A DNA stretch of 63,874 nucleotides, the filler included, from Octopus bimaculoides (Eukaryota), in the NCBI RefSeq assembly GCF_001194135.2. It is 7 parts of 6 records of this genome, joined end to end, with 100 filler letters (N's around TTAATTAATTAA, not from the genome) between each part and the next. Parts side by side here need not be neighbours in the genome. Positions count along the whole stretch, not along the records: positions 1 to 23,038 come from NC_068981.1; positions 23,139 to 35,487 come from NC_068982.1; 5 more parts are not named here. The stretch is one strand, 5' to 3'. The notes under the pieces were generated by a model. That model did not search any database and was not told where the DNA came from. It saw only the letters and a program-made list of their open reading frames with translations. The translations under genes were made by a program, and so were the position numbers. Shown one piece after another: positions 11,331 through 24,430 of this stretch; positions within the stretch are counted from its first letter, which is position 1; every line of letters starts with the position of its first letter.

Positions 11331-13199
11331 TTTTATCTCTGCATCGATAATAGGATCAATCATATACACACCACTGCGTTTCAGTTGACATAACGTATAG
11401 GATTAAACTGTGGTTGAATAAAAGTATTGTTCGAGCACAGCAAGAATTTCGTTCTCGTTGGATTCAAACTAAAAGTCTTATAGAGACCTGCCAATATCAG
11501 AATTATGTTGAAATGGAGAGGAATAATTAGATAGTCATACACAAATGCATTTTAGATTTATTCATTTAGTATAATTAAATTTTATTCATATCAAGCTGTT
11601 GGCGTTTAGTAATAGAAAATGAAGATATAACTATAAGAGTGGTTCATGACCTTTCTCTGTTTTTTTTTATATTTAATGCAATATCAATTTAATGTGGCTA
11701 ATTAAATTCTCTAGGCCAATGATTATCTTGCAAAATATCTCAAAGGTATAGTTCAGAGTGCAATTATCTGCTTTATCAAAGAGAAAGAGAGACATCTTAT
11801 AAACTACGAACAGATAACTTTTTGTTAAATAGTGACCTGCCATTTGACACCAAGTTTAACTGTTATTTAGCCGCGTATAATTAACTTAGAGCATTTAGTT
11901 AAGTACAGGTCACCCTACTTAATGAGGGAAACTAAAAATAACTTTTAATTAGTTGAAATTAAACCCGTAATGAAAAGAAAAGCCATTAATATTAATGAAA
12001 ATGTCTCTCAAAAGATACAAGGGAAAGAATTCTACCGTTGATAAGTTGGAATTAAACCTAATTAGAAACAAATTAAATTTAACTAAACTCTCTATTCCTC
12101 GTTGATGTGATGCATTTGAACTACATTAAATTTATCTGGCGGAGACAGCGATACACATTTCTAAGACCACAACCAATTTCTGTTTTGGGACAGTTAAGGG
12201 GGTCATAGTTTCATCTTCTCTCCTAAGCAGAATACATGAAAGAAAACACTTAAGAGAGATGCGGATTGATCCTCATGCTCTTTCGATTTTAAAGACTATT
12301 TGTTTCTGTTTGTCATTGATCAAATAGCTTGACTCACATTTCAGAGAGAGAAAGTAACTCTATAAGGGTTAGGGTTAGGGAATAACTCAGTCAATAATAT
12401 AGTTCAGTGATATTTCAGTTTTACTTCCTTAATTGGTTAAAAGATCATCACCAAGGCCGTTAACCTTTACAAGTAATATACTGTCGTTTATTTTATGCAT
12501 TAGTTCCCTGTACGGCAACGTTTATAACAATAAGCTGACATTGCTATATACAAGCATCCCAAGGGCGAGATGCGCCTGATTACGTATCGCTATATTTTCA
12601 TTGGTAAATATATTGAATTTTAAGCATATATCCGCTCTACAATATTTAGTTCGCAATCTCACTATTTGGAGTGCATATGTTTTGAAATAACAGTTAAGTG
12701 TTCATCTTATTATAGCCAAAAGTGCATCAAGTAGGCCTTTGTATTGAACCCTCGGAACTCTATAAACATTATGCCACTAAGTTTAATAGCCATTTAGTGA
12801 TATATAATCAATTGAAATCAGTTAGGTCAGTACAAGACACCGTAGTTAGTAAACCCCCCAAATTTTGATCAACTGAAATTAAATGCGTAATGAAAAGATA
12901 TTAGCGATTAGGAAAATTCGTATCAAAAGAGGCCAGGAATAGAACATCATCGTTGATAAGTTAGAATTGACATAATTAACTCTTTGAGAGGTATATATAT
13001 TCAAATATGAACATAATGATCTTTTATATTTATCATAATCAATTATTGATACGTGGGAAAATTTTATTGGGGACTGTTATTGCTGCCACCTACACTTGCT
13101 TCCGGAATACGAATGTGGGAGAGACAGCTTACTGAGATATGGAAAAGAAGGTGAAGATTCCCTTAGAGGAGAGAGAACTGCTTCAGAGCTTATAAATTT

Positions 13200-13415
13200 T
13201 ATTAGAGTTGGCAGAATCGTTAGGAAGACAGGCAACATGCTTAGTGGTATTTCGTCCGCATTTATGTTCCGAGTTAAAATTCCGCCGAGGTCGACTTTTT
13301 ATTTCATCCTTTCGAGATCGCTGAAATAAGTACCAGTCAAATACTGGGGTCGATATAATCGACTATCCCCTCCCCCAAATTTCAGGCCTTGTGCTTATAG
13401 TAGAAAGGATTATTA
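13200..13415 (+). mobile_element. SINE family A, older-tail copy
   Basis: Head, core and CCCCTCCCCCAAATTTCAGGCCTTGTGC tail. Confidence 0.85.
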
Positions 13416-14879
13416 TTATTTCTATTATTAGTATTTTTACGAGAGGTCTTTTCTTATGAGTGAGAGAGCATATGAAATTAATATTTCCATATAATCCATT
13501 TTCCTTTTCTTCCTTCTGGGAACAAATTTGATAGGTACTCATACACCAAATTAAACTCTTACTGGGTATTTTATTATCTCCACCTACTCCCGTTTGCATA
13601 ATCGTCTTTTCTTCTTATGTACAAAATTCAAATATGAAGGAATATACAGAAGATGTGAACTTTGCTGCCGAGGTCAGTCGCATGGGTTTTGATTAAAAAG
13701 AAAACAAAGTTAATAGAAGTCTTGGAAGTTTCTATGACATTTGTTGGCCCTCTCAGTATGGTGTGATTGATACGGAAATTACCTAACCCGAATAGTTGCT
13801 GGCAAAGAAAACGTAATGGTGAAAAAGCCGGAAATCTGGCTCGAATGTTTGCAACTGAATAAATCGTATCCAGGCGCTGTTGTTAAACTCGCAAGTCACT
13901 AGTTCAACTTTACTCTAAGCGTTTCATAGCGATTCTAGACGTTTTATAAACTTAATTCTGTATACATCAGGTCATTTAGCCATCTGATGCAGATAACTAT
14001 TTTTTCTGGGAATGGTACATGTAATAGGCTGGCGTCCTAACCAGGAGAGATTTATTTCTCATTAGCGCGAAACAAATTTAGGTGAAAATAAGCGCTCGTC
14101 TGCATGAATGGTTCTGTTCTTAAGAGGTGTCTGCATGAGTGATTTTCTTCTTTAGAGACCAGAATTACAATGACGACATTTCTAAGTAATGTTTCAAGTT
14201 TGATCGTCTTAGATACGAAACCACTTTTTCTCTATATTTACTTAGATAACGCCCTGCAGAGAAAAATCAGAAACATTGCATTATCTATCTCATCATCCAT
14301 AAATCTAATTCTCTTAATTTTCTTTCCTGTACTTTTCTTCCTTTCTTTCTTTCTTTCTGTCTGTCTGTCTTTCTTCCTTTCTTTCTTTCTTTATTTATTC
14401 ATTCATATCCCCCGCTCTTTTTCTTACCAGCTTGCCTTTTATAATCATCTTCATCAAACACATCATCATTGTCATTGTCATATTTCTCCTCCTCCTTTTC
14501 CTGTTCTGCCTCCACTACCATCCTCCTCCACCACTACCACTTCATCATCATCATCATCATCATCATCTTTGTTGCTTTCTTTTTCTTTTTCTTCGTCTAT
14601 CTTTCTTCATTACATTTGATTCTATAAGGATGAAATATAAAGGTGCCAGTGGCTCGATTCAAACTTAGGATGTAATAAAATTATTCTAATAACGATGGCA
14701 TTTAACATAGTTACAACATCAGAAATTGGAAGGACGAGACAGCCAATTACACCGCCCCCGCCTATACTTATCTGGTACTTATATTATCGATATCAGAGAG
14801 ATAAAAGACAGAAATTGGCTGAAGTCAGAAAACAATGAGATATTATGCATTTTGTTCGGAGGACTCTACTAACAATTCT

Positions 14880-15114
14880 TATTTCTTTATTACCCACAAG
14901 GGGCTAAACATAGAGGGGACAAACAAGGACGGACAAAGGGATTAAGTCGATTACATCGACCCCAGTGCGTAACTGGTACTTAATTTATCGACCCCGAAAG
15001 GATGAAAGGCAAAGTCGACCTCGGCGGAATTTGAACTGAGAACGTAACGGCAGACGAAATACCGCTAAGTATTTTGCCCGGCGTGCTAACGTTTCTGCCA
15101 GCTCACCGCCTTAT
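14880..15114 (-). mobile_element. SINE family A, young full-length copy with 17-bp TSD
   Basis: Exact direct repeat ACTCTACTAACAATTCT at 14863-14879 and 15115-15131; sequence nearly identical to 2508-2741. Confidence 0.95.
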
Positions 15115-15152
15115 ACTCTACTAACAATTCTGATATCCACCACCCTAACAGC

Positions 15153-15192
<40 letters not shown>

Positions 15193-15476
15193 GCAGCAGC
15201 AGCAAGGATACAGCGTCTACATTTTAGATTGACTAGCAAGAATTAATAACTGTCAAATCATACCCTACTAACTTCAAAAGAGTAGGGCTCATAGGATAAT
15301 CGTCATAGATATGTACACAGCCCGCAAAAAGAAAAGATGGGATAGTCATGGCTAGAAGGTCCTTGTTCATAGGTTGATTTCATCAAGGGCAATTTCGGGC
15401 TAAACAACAGCAGCAAGAGCAACAACAACAACATACAATAATAATAATTGTTTCCTAATTAACTGTATGGCAATAT

Positions 15477-15866
15477 GTTGTTGTTGTTGGCACTCCGTCG
15501 CTTACGACGTCGAGGGTTCCAGTTGATTCCGATCAACGGAACAGCCTGCTCGTGAAATAAACGTGCAAGTGGCTGAGCACTCCACAGACACGTGTACCCT
15601 TAACGTAGTTCTCGGGGATATTCAGCGGGACACAATGTGACAAGGCTGACCCTTTGAATTACAGGCACAACAGAAACAGGAAGTAAGAGTGAGAGAAAGT
15701 TGTGGTGAAAGAGTACAGCAGGGTTCGCCACGATCCCCTGCCGGAGCCTCGTGCAGGTTTTAGGTGTTTTCGCTCAATAAACACTCATAATGCTCGGTCT
15801 GCGGATCGAAACCGCGATCCTATGACCGAGAGTCCGCTGCCCTAACCACTGCGCCATTGCGCCTCC
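15477..15866 (-). mobile_element. SINE family C, full-length copy with 15-bp TSD
   Basis: Head GGAGGCGCAATGGCGCAGTGGTTAGGGCAGCGGACTC..GGTTTCGATCC with A and B boxes; (CAA)n tail; TSD ACTGTATGGCAATAT at 15462-15476 and 15867-15881. Confidence 0.92.
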
Positions 15867-15947
15867 ACTGTATGGCAATATACATACAAAACATTTAAAC
15901 AGACTTGGGAGGAACAGACAATATATTATGGGATGTATAATGTACTT

Positions 15948-16006
<59 letters not shown>

Positions 16007-16805
16007 GTGCTCATTGCTTTCTTTACCTTCCATTCTTTTAGCTAAACTAATCCTTTCCAACTCCACCATTCTTCCATTTACTCTTTCCCTCCTTCCGTTC
16101 TTCCTTCTTTCTTTCCTCTTTTGTTTATTTGTTTGTTTGCTTTTCTCCTCATCATTATGACACTTCTTTTGATCTAATTCCATATTATCCAATATTTAGA
16201 CATACTGAACAGGCCAACGTGTATCTCATTTTCTGCTCATCATTTTCTCTGTCTCAAAGGAATTATCTGTTTTTCTTTTCTTTTATACTTTATTTTTCTT
16301 ATTCTTAATCTTATCTAATAGCTAATAGTTTTCGCTTTTTTTCTTTCCCTCATTTCTGTTATAATGTCTTCTGTTTTTTCAGTCATTGGAATGCGTTGAT
16401 GNNNNNNNNNNNNNNNNNNNNNNNNNNNNNNNNNNNNNNNNNNNNNNNNNNNNNNNNNNNNNNNNNNNNNNNNNNNNNNNNNNNNNNNNNNNNNNNNNNN
16501 NNNNNNNNNNNNNNNNNNNNNNNNNNNNNNNNNNNNNNNNNNNNNNNNNNNNNNNNNNNNNNNNNNNNNNNNNNNNNNNNNNNNNNNNNNNNNNNNNNNN
16601 NNNNNNNNNNNNNNNNNNNNNNNNNNNNNNNNNNNNNNNNNNNNNNNNNNNNNNNNNNNNNNNNNNNNNNNNNNNNNNNNNNNNNNNNNNNNNNNNNNNN
16701 NNNNNNNNNNNNNNNNNNNNNNNNNNNNNNNNNNNNNNNNNNNNNNNNNNNNNNNNNNNNNNNNNNNNNNNNNNNNNNNNNNNNNNNNNNNNNNNNNNNN
16801 NNNNN

Positions 16806-16856
<51 letters not shown>

Positions 16857-16985
16857 TATATATATATGACGGGCTTCTTTCAGTCTCCGCCTACCAAATC
16901 CATTCACATAGACTTGGTTGCCCAGAGGCTATAGTAGAAAAAACCTATTCGAACCCGGAACCATTTAGCTGAGAAGCAAACGTCG
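16806..16985 (-). mobile_element. SINE family B, 5' half running into its internal microsatellite and an assembly gap
   Basis: GACGGGCTTCTTTCAGTCTCCGCCTACCAAATCC is the reverse complement of the family B body, adjoining the (CA)n run. Confidence 0.8.
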
Positions 16986-19624
16986 TTTTCACAGTCACTC
17001 CGGCGTCCTTTAAACTTCTCTTCTTACTTTCTTTCGTTTTTTCATTTATTTGTTCCATTATTTCTTTCTCTTTTCCTGTTTTCTTTCTTTAATATCATTC
17101 TTTCGTATTCATATTTCTTGAGCTCATTTTACCGATCTTTTAAATAATAACTTCGTTACCATTATTTATTTCTTCAAAGCATTTCCCTCTTTTAAATTTC
17201 ATTCGTGGAACCAATAGCTTTCCTCATTGTGTTAGCAATCAGAAAGAAACTTGTCTTTGCATAATTTCAAACATTACAATTGGCTATGTTCTTCAATGGC
17301 ATCTTTCGTGATAAAGCTCAAACGAATGAAAATTTATTTCCTAATCTTTAGCTTACTATATCATTTCATTAGAAACCATTCCTTCTCTCTACTTACAAGG
17401 CAGCTGCTTGCCGGTTCAGACGCTCTATAATATATTGTTCAATGTTTGAATGGTTTAAGATGAAATTCTCTGCAGTAAAAGAACTTAGAAATTTGATGTC
17501 GGTCATACTTTTTATTCAAAGAGCTTTTTGCCAAAGACGGTCGAATAGAAATGGAGGTCTGTTGAGTGAAATGGTTTGCGATATTTGATTTTCTTCTCTA
17601 AAACCAAATTTAAGTTTAAATATGGTTGGTTTAAGTTTCTTGTCTGTCTCGTAAAATGAACGCCAATATTTTCTCTTACTCGATCCAATTGACTAAGCCT
17701 TATCTTTTGTAGAAGCCAAATACACATTAGAGTGAATAGGTTAAGTGGATTAGCTAATCATAGATTATGAATACAAATTCAGTACAGGTTGGTTCTTGTT
17801 TCATTTATTTTTATTTTGGTGGGTGAGGATATAAGAAACTTTATATCATATTTTAGTTTCCGGTTTGTCGAAACACCAAAGAAAAGTATCAGATAATTTG
17901 CGACTGATACCTGCATCGTGCCTGAGTAGTTGAGGCTTTGTTCTACGTACAATAAGCCAGCCATCAATAGCGAGCAATAGTTTGAGCGAATGCACCATTC
18001 TTTCGCTAATTATTTGGGTCCCAATGGACCTAAAACAAATAGTGAGCAGATATAGACACTGTTTCAGTGCCCACACATTTAATACTCGCGGGTCATGTTA
18101 TATGTTATAGCTGGAGGAGCTACAGAACTGCACCAGAACCTCGCTGAAGCACTTTTACAGCTGTATAAACTAGAAGAAACGATAAATGAAGGGCTTGCTC
18201 AAGAACATAACACGCTTTCTGATCAAGGGATTGAATTTACAACATTATAATTATGAGCTGGAGGCCACTAGGCCACAGGCCTTCACAGTATTGGTGTAGC
18301 TGTTAAGATGTCATTTCAAATTCATTGCATGGTTATTATTGTATAAGGGTAACAAACGTTATATTCTGTATTGCTTTCTAATTCTTCTTTATCCATATGT
18401 ATGGTAGAAGATAATCTGGGGATGTTGCCGACATAACCTAGCTTCTTACGTATTAGGTGTATGAGACTGGTTGATAGATACAATATCTACTATTCTGAGA
18501 TGGTATACTATACCGATTTCTATTTATTTTCTGTTCAAAATAGATTCTGTTCACACAATCAGGAATTTTCAATAATCTACTGGATTTCATATGCTAATGA
18601 TTTACGCTAACTGGACTGAACATCTAAATCCATTTGAAAACCAAACGAATGCAAAGGTTTCTGCCCACCACCACCACCACTACCACCACCACAACCATCA
18701 CCACCACTACCACCGAAACTTTGTGGTCTTCGTCGCGGCATGTCGAGATCTTTAAAAAAGCATTTTTAATGTATCATATAGATGTAAATTTTGACGCTGA
18801 ATCCGAATTTGTTATTAATTTATTACAGAAGAATTTTGTGGAAAAGTTACAGGTGTTCAGAGATTGATAATTTTAAGAATTTTCAACCACTCAGAAATCA
18901 GCGCGTTCGCTGCCTCTTCCATCATCTGTCACAATAGCGAGAAAGGGTGTGGGGGAGGGGCACAGGCATATCAAAACATTAAACTAGCTAGAGCAAACAG
19001 TGAAAAACATTGAAAGATTCGCGAGCAAGCTAAATATTCAAAAGCTACGGGCAAACCAACTGGAGTTACTAGAAATAACTGTCAAAACGTTGCTTAAAAC
19101 AGACATTAATTAAAAAACTCAAGAACGAAAGTTTGCAATACACTCTAGGATTTTATAAAATAAATGATCTTTCTCATATTTCCTTCCCTACTTATATTCA
19201 CAAAGATAAGAATCAACTATGGAACAGTGTGTCCCACACCATCGTTTGTTTCCACGCTTTAAAGATGTCCAGGTACTCTCAATTTGTTGATTATACTCAA
19301 TTTGGTGGTTACACTCCTTGTGCGCATGCGCAGCATCTTTGGTTGCTATAAAAACAAACTTCTTCGCACATGTGGTGCTTCTTTGCTTAATATGCTAACA
19401 GAACTTCACGGTGATGTGTAAAATACTCGCTTTTGATTGGCTAAAATTCCCAAATTTTGCAAGTTTTAAAAGCTAATAACTTGAATTATAGATTTATAAG
19501 AAAAAATGAATTTCATTTAATAATTAGTATACAAAACTTAACCCATGTTCCAAATTTGAAAACAACTGGAACACAATTGTAGACAGTGAGGATAACCACA
19601 AAGATACACACACATTCCCTGTCA

Positions 19625-19673
<49 letters not shown>

Positions 19674-20171
19674 ACACACACACACACACACACATACACA
19701 CACACACACACACATATTATACAAATAAAAATGCCATCAGTCGTTTCGTTGGTGCTATTACAATATTTGCACACTTCCAGTTATTGACATTTTTTTGTTT
19801 TGTATATAAATTTACATACGCACATAGATATGTTCTCATGCCGACTATATTTTATAATCATTTATTCCATCTCTACTACAATAAATATCAACATTTCTCT
19901 AATTTTAAAGAACGGTTGTATCGTTATCCAATGTGGTTCTATTACTTCATATCATCTAAACATGTTATTGTATGTCATTACGTATTGTCTTTTCATAATC
20001 GTCTGAAGATCGACACCGCGAAACTCGAATGAAAGTTTTGTGAAATTTCATCTTCCGATAAATTTATATTACCCGACTTTCAACGAACACATGTTCACAC
20101 TTCTTCCTCTTGTTTACACTGATGTGGTTATAAATACATGCACGCACACGCACACACACATGTATGTATGT

Positions 20172-20411
20172 TATTTCTTTACTACCCACAAGGGGCTACA
20201 CACAGAGGGGGCAAACAAGGACAGACAAACGGATTAAGTCGATTACATCGACCCCAGTGCATAATTGGTACTTATTTAATCGACCCCGAAAGGATGAAAG
20301 GCAAAGTCGACCTCGGCGGAATTTGAACTCAGAACGTAGCGGCAGACGAAATACCGCTAAGCATTTCGCCCGGCGTGCTAACGTTTCTGCCAGCTCGCTG
20401 CCTTGATACGG
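20172..20411 (-). mobile_element. SINE family A, young full-length copy with 16-bp TSD
   Basis: ACACATGTATGTATGT at 20156-20171 and 20412-20427; nearly identical to the other young copies. Confidence 0.95.
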
Positions 20412-21609
20412 ACACATGTATGTATGTATGTATGCATGCATGTATGTATGTATGTATGCATGTATGTATATATGTATGCATGTATGTATGTATGTATGTA
20501 TAACTATTGGTTAATAGATTCACGTTGATATTGGCACCCACGTCATTCAAACTTAATTACGGTTGGCGGCCATGTCAAGTAAAAGGGCTAGTGAAATTGG
20601 CTGCTATGTCAAGTAACAGGACTGCTGAAGTCAGCTGCCATATTGTTAAGAAATACCTTATCTGTAATTCTGAACTAATTGTTGTTATAAAAAAAAAACT
20701 CGGTAGTTTAGACTTCAAATGAAATTATTTTCTCGCATAAACTCCCTGGTGACTTATATGCAATTTTATTTTCACTAACACCCCGATTTTTATCTATTTT
20801 TACTAGTCTTCTTTTGCGTTTTGGCAATGAGTCTCACACACCGCTATTATTACCCTACATAAAGGTATGCTAAACTAACAGGCATATGTTTTTAGCAAGC
20901 ACACACTTTTAGCATTGCTGTGTAATGTGATTAAACCACATGTGACCAAAACACGATGATCTGTCTGAATAGTTCCACTGTTTTTTTTTTCGGTTTTTAT
21001 TCCACTTCAATATCGAATTGTTTAGTCATTTTGCCCTGTCTGCCAAGAGAATATTAGTTTATAGCTATTTGCAGAATGCGGAAACTTGTATAGAACTAAG
21101 TTTCTTTGTTTTAATTTGCACAAGAGTGTAAACGTTGGCAACAAGAATGAGTTAAATTCGAGGAGTACTGCGAGGTGTTGTGATAAATAGAAATGGGCTT
21201 TTAGTAATTAATTTCTAACATTGCCAACGACTACATTAAGTTAAACAGGGCAGTTTCGTTCTAGTTGAGTTTGTGTTTGCTATAAATAGCTATAAGCTAT
21301 TGTTTCTGTTGTAAGGAAAATCAGTAGCCGATCTGATGAGGTGTTAATAAAACCTGAAACTAGTCAGACATATCCTTTTCTTCAGGCCACGGAGAAAAAG
21401 GTGAGATTTAACCACATTAGCTAATTTTCATAACGAGGCTAAAATGTATATCTACTAAAAACATACAGACGTATATTTAGCTTATAACTATGTTTATCAT
21501 AAAATCTAGTAATTAAAAATTAATCTATATAACGCCTTACTACTTTACACTTGTTATATTCTAAAATGTTCTGTTTTATTTTCGAATACTGAATCAATAT
21601 TTGTTAATT

Positions 21610-21860
21610 TATTCCACGCAGTTAGAAAAGATATCCAGCACCAGGTGAAGCTGGAAACTTCGCTCCAATGAAAATAACACTCAGCGAAGAGATATGCTGA
21701 CATTTTTTGAAAAATATATTTTCAAATGAATTCTGTCTGCAGCAGACTAAAATGTCATCAGTCAGTCTTCTATAAAATGCCACAGCAACTATTTTTTTTC
21801 AAGAGCTTTTCTTCGAAAGGGTAATATATAATACATTCATTAGACAAAACCATATATTTA
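21610..21860 (-). pseudogene. Possible very old Penelope-like RT remnant
   Basis: Frameshifted PFEEKLL / FYRRLTDDILV / ISFL resembles PLE RT motifs FEEKLL..YxRYVDDI..xPFLD; similarity is weak. Confidence 0.3.
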
Positions 21861-22983
21861 TAGTCGTTGATATCAAATGCATTCACACCCTATCCCAAGA
21901 TAATCATAGATTTTTTTCAACAAGTTGGAATGCAGTATCTATAATTCGCAGAGATTAGAGATTATTTGTGTCGGGCAAAAGTCGGAAGATATATTGGTTT
22001 ACTATGAGTGGAAAAAAACGTAATAATTTGGCCTGAGTCTTTCAAAGTTCAGATCGCCCATGGTCAAACATAATCATGACCAAAATCGTTCCATTTGTGA
22101 CCGTCTATTCTTTCTAAAACATTTGATGTTAGGCTACATTAACCCTTTTATCTCTTCATTAAGGCGGTAACATGTGAAATGAGGAGGAATTAGCTGGGTT
22201 TTTTTTCTGGCAGATCATGCTATCGTATAGAAACAGCTATGTTGATTCCGTATTTCTTGTTATCTCTGTTGATGATAGCTGAATATGTTTGGGCTCTCGC
22301 TATGTCTGTAGCCAATAACAATATGAAACAATTACTAAAACGTTTGAAGTGGAACTTATTCGAAGTTTAATATTCTGGAAATCATTCCGTTTGAAATATT
22401 AGTCAACAGAATTCGATTCTTACGTTCATATTACCATACCATATTCTTTCTATTTCTTTTGTTTACGACCTTTCATCTTCGATGCAACATACCTTTGATG
22501 AAAGGCTTCCTATTTATGACATTCACATCGTTTCTATCGCAGATAATTAATCTAGGTATTCAGTATTTAAAGTGTTCATCTCTTTATAAGTTGGCAAGGA
22601 GTGATTAGCAGGAATTCTAACTGCTATATATAGAGGGTCGAGCGACGACATAGACTCCTTCTACTGGTTGCAAAAATATATTTAGCGTTTCATGATAGAC
22701 AACAGTATATAAACTATGACATAAATAAAAATGTTACTTCAATGAGTGAAGCGTAGCAGGAATATTCACCAATATTTTATTCCCTTGTTTACAACATCGT
22801 TATATTTACCATAGTCATATTCCCCAGAGTTTTCAGTTTAGAATTGGTCCGACTGGAAGAGAAAGTATATATGTGAGGGGTGGTCTATCGATTTTTAGGA
22901 ATAGGTATGTTCAAAAGTACGTATGTACGTATCTCTCTAAGTACTGATCAAAACAACATGTAATATACATTATACAAATATAT

Positions 22984-23038
<55 letters not shown>

Positions 23039-23139
23039 NNNNNNNNNNNNNNNNNNNNNNNNNNNNNNNNNNNNNNNNNNNNTTAATTAATTAANNNNNN
23101 NNNNNNNNNNNNNNNNNNNNNNNNNNNNNNNNNNNNNNG

Positions 23140-23445
23140 AAACCCTGATCTTAAGCTCGTGAATACAACACACCCATCTGTTCCAATTGATCCCATCAAG
23201 AGAACGGCCAGCTAGTAAAATGAACGTGCAAGTGACTGAGTACTCCACAGACACACATACCCTTAACGTAACTCTCAGAGAGATTCAGTATGGCACAGAA
23301 TGTGACAAATTACAGGTACCATTCATTTTTGCCAGGCGAGTAGATTGGAGCAACGTGAAATAAAGTGTGTTGCCCTAGGACCCAACGCACCACCAGGAAT
23401 CGAACTCCTGACGCTATGATTGTGAGTGCAACACCTTAGCCACCT
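23140..23445 (-). mobile_element. SINE family C-related copy
   Basis: Shares GTGCAAGTGACTGAGTACTCCACAGACAC..CCCTTAACGTA with 15560-15610; head GGAATCGAACTC. Confidence 0.8.
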
Positions 23446-23848
23446 TCAGCTGAGAAATTAGAATAGAAACAAATAGGGAAAGCAAACATTCTTACTCAGT
23501 AAATACAATTCTCCCAAAGCGGTAAGGAGAGAAGAAGAATCGGGCAAACAGTGAAAGTCTTTTGTGGAAACATGGCTGCGGCGGGTGGCAGCGTTAAGAT
23601 GGAGTCTTTTGACAGGGGGTAATTGCTTTAATACTTTTGGAATATCAACACAAGTAGTCAAGATTCGATGGACATATTGACTATCGAACTGTCTATTTTC
23701 GATCTGGATTGTCTTAGAAGGGTGCATCAGATCCAATGAAGAAATCCACCTAAAAGACCTGAAAAAAAGAAAAAAAAAAGGGGAAAATGTTTAAATAAGT
23801 TTAACCAGTTTCATATCGATTTCTGACTGATCAGATAAAAGCGTACAT

Positions 23849-24078
23849 CTTTGGTTCTCAATCGGGGTCCACGTGACCCTTGTGGGCGAGGGGCCTACAT
23901 AAGATTTTGTTGTTTAACTGTGCAATAAATTGGTTACACACTCCCACAATACACAAAATATTTTAATGATTTTACACAATTTCTAATATCTAATTATAAA
24001 ATCCTTTTAACATAAAGGTCCAGTACAGCTAAATAAGAATGAAAGGGGACCATGAGCAAAAATGGTTGAGAACCACTG
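23849..24078. mobile_element. hAT (Charlie-like) MITE
   Basis: TIRs CTTTGGTTCTCAATC and GGTTGAGAACCACTG; flanking 8-mers GCGTACAT and GTATACAT match at 6 of 8; second copy at 30680-30921. Confidence 0.8.
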
Positions 24079-24097
24079 GTATACATTTCAGAAAGGA

Positions 24098-24430
24098 GAC
24101 AGAGTGACAAGAGAAGACAGAGTGACAAGAGAAGACAGAGTGACAAGAGAAGACAGAGTGACAAGAGAAGACAGAGTGACAAGAGAAGACAGAGTGACAA
24201 GAGAAGACAGAGTGACAAGAGAAGACAGAGTGACAAGAGAAGACAGAGTGACAAGAGAAGACAGAGTGACAAGAGAAGACAGAGTGACAAGAGAAGACAG
24301 AGTGACAAGAGAAGACAGAGTGACAAGAGAAGACAGAGTGACAAGAGAAGACAGGACACAGAGAGAGTGACAAGAGAGAGTGACAATAGAAGACAGGACA
24401 CAAAGACACAGGGTGACAAGAGAGACAGAT
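24098..24430. repeat. 18-bp minisatellite (GACAGAGTGACAAGAGAA)x14 plus degenerate tail
   Basis: 14 exact units at 24098-24349, consistent with the ORF track (DRVTRE)x14. Confidence 0.95.

Noticed and set aside
12365-12380. (TTAGGG)-type run as a telomere or fusion site
   Set aside because: It is under three units long, and similar units occur inside a MITE at about 57010, so a transposon origin is more likely.
15795-15866. tRNA-like sequences with A and B boxes (also 7255, 27692)
   Set aside because: They lack a complete acceptor stem and continue into repeat bodies, so they are SINE or repeat heads and not tRNA genes.
19720-20110. Possible Tc1-like transposase trace on the minus strand
   Set aside because: Only a few residues resemble the motif, there are many stops, and no DDE motif or TIR could be identified.
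23083-23094. TTAATTAATTAA inside N runs, six times (23083, 35532, 39267, 51279, 56412, 62375)
   Set aside because: It is always centred in a 100-base block (44 N + 12 + 44 N where counted) and has stops in all frames, so it is a scaffolding linker rather than biology.
24062-24370. (DRVTRE)x14 ORF as a repeat protein, or the array as CRISPR
   Set aside because: The units are identical at the DNA level with no synonymous variation and no spacers, and the start codon lies inside a MITE TIR.
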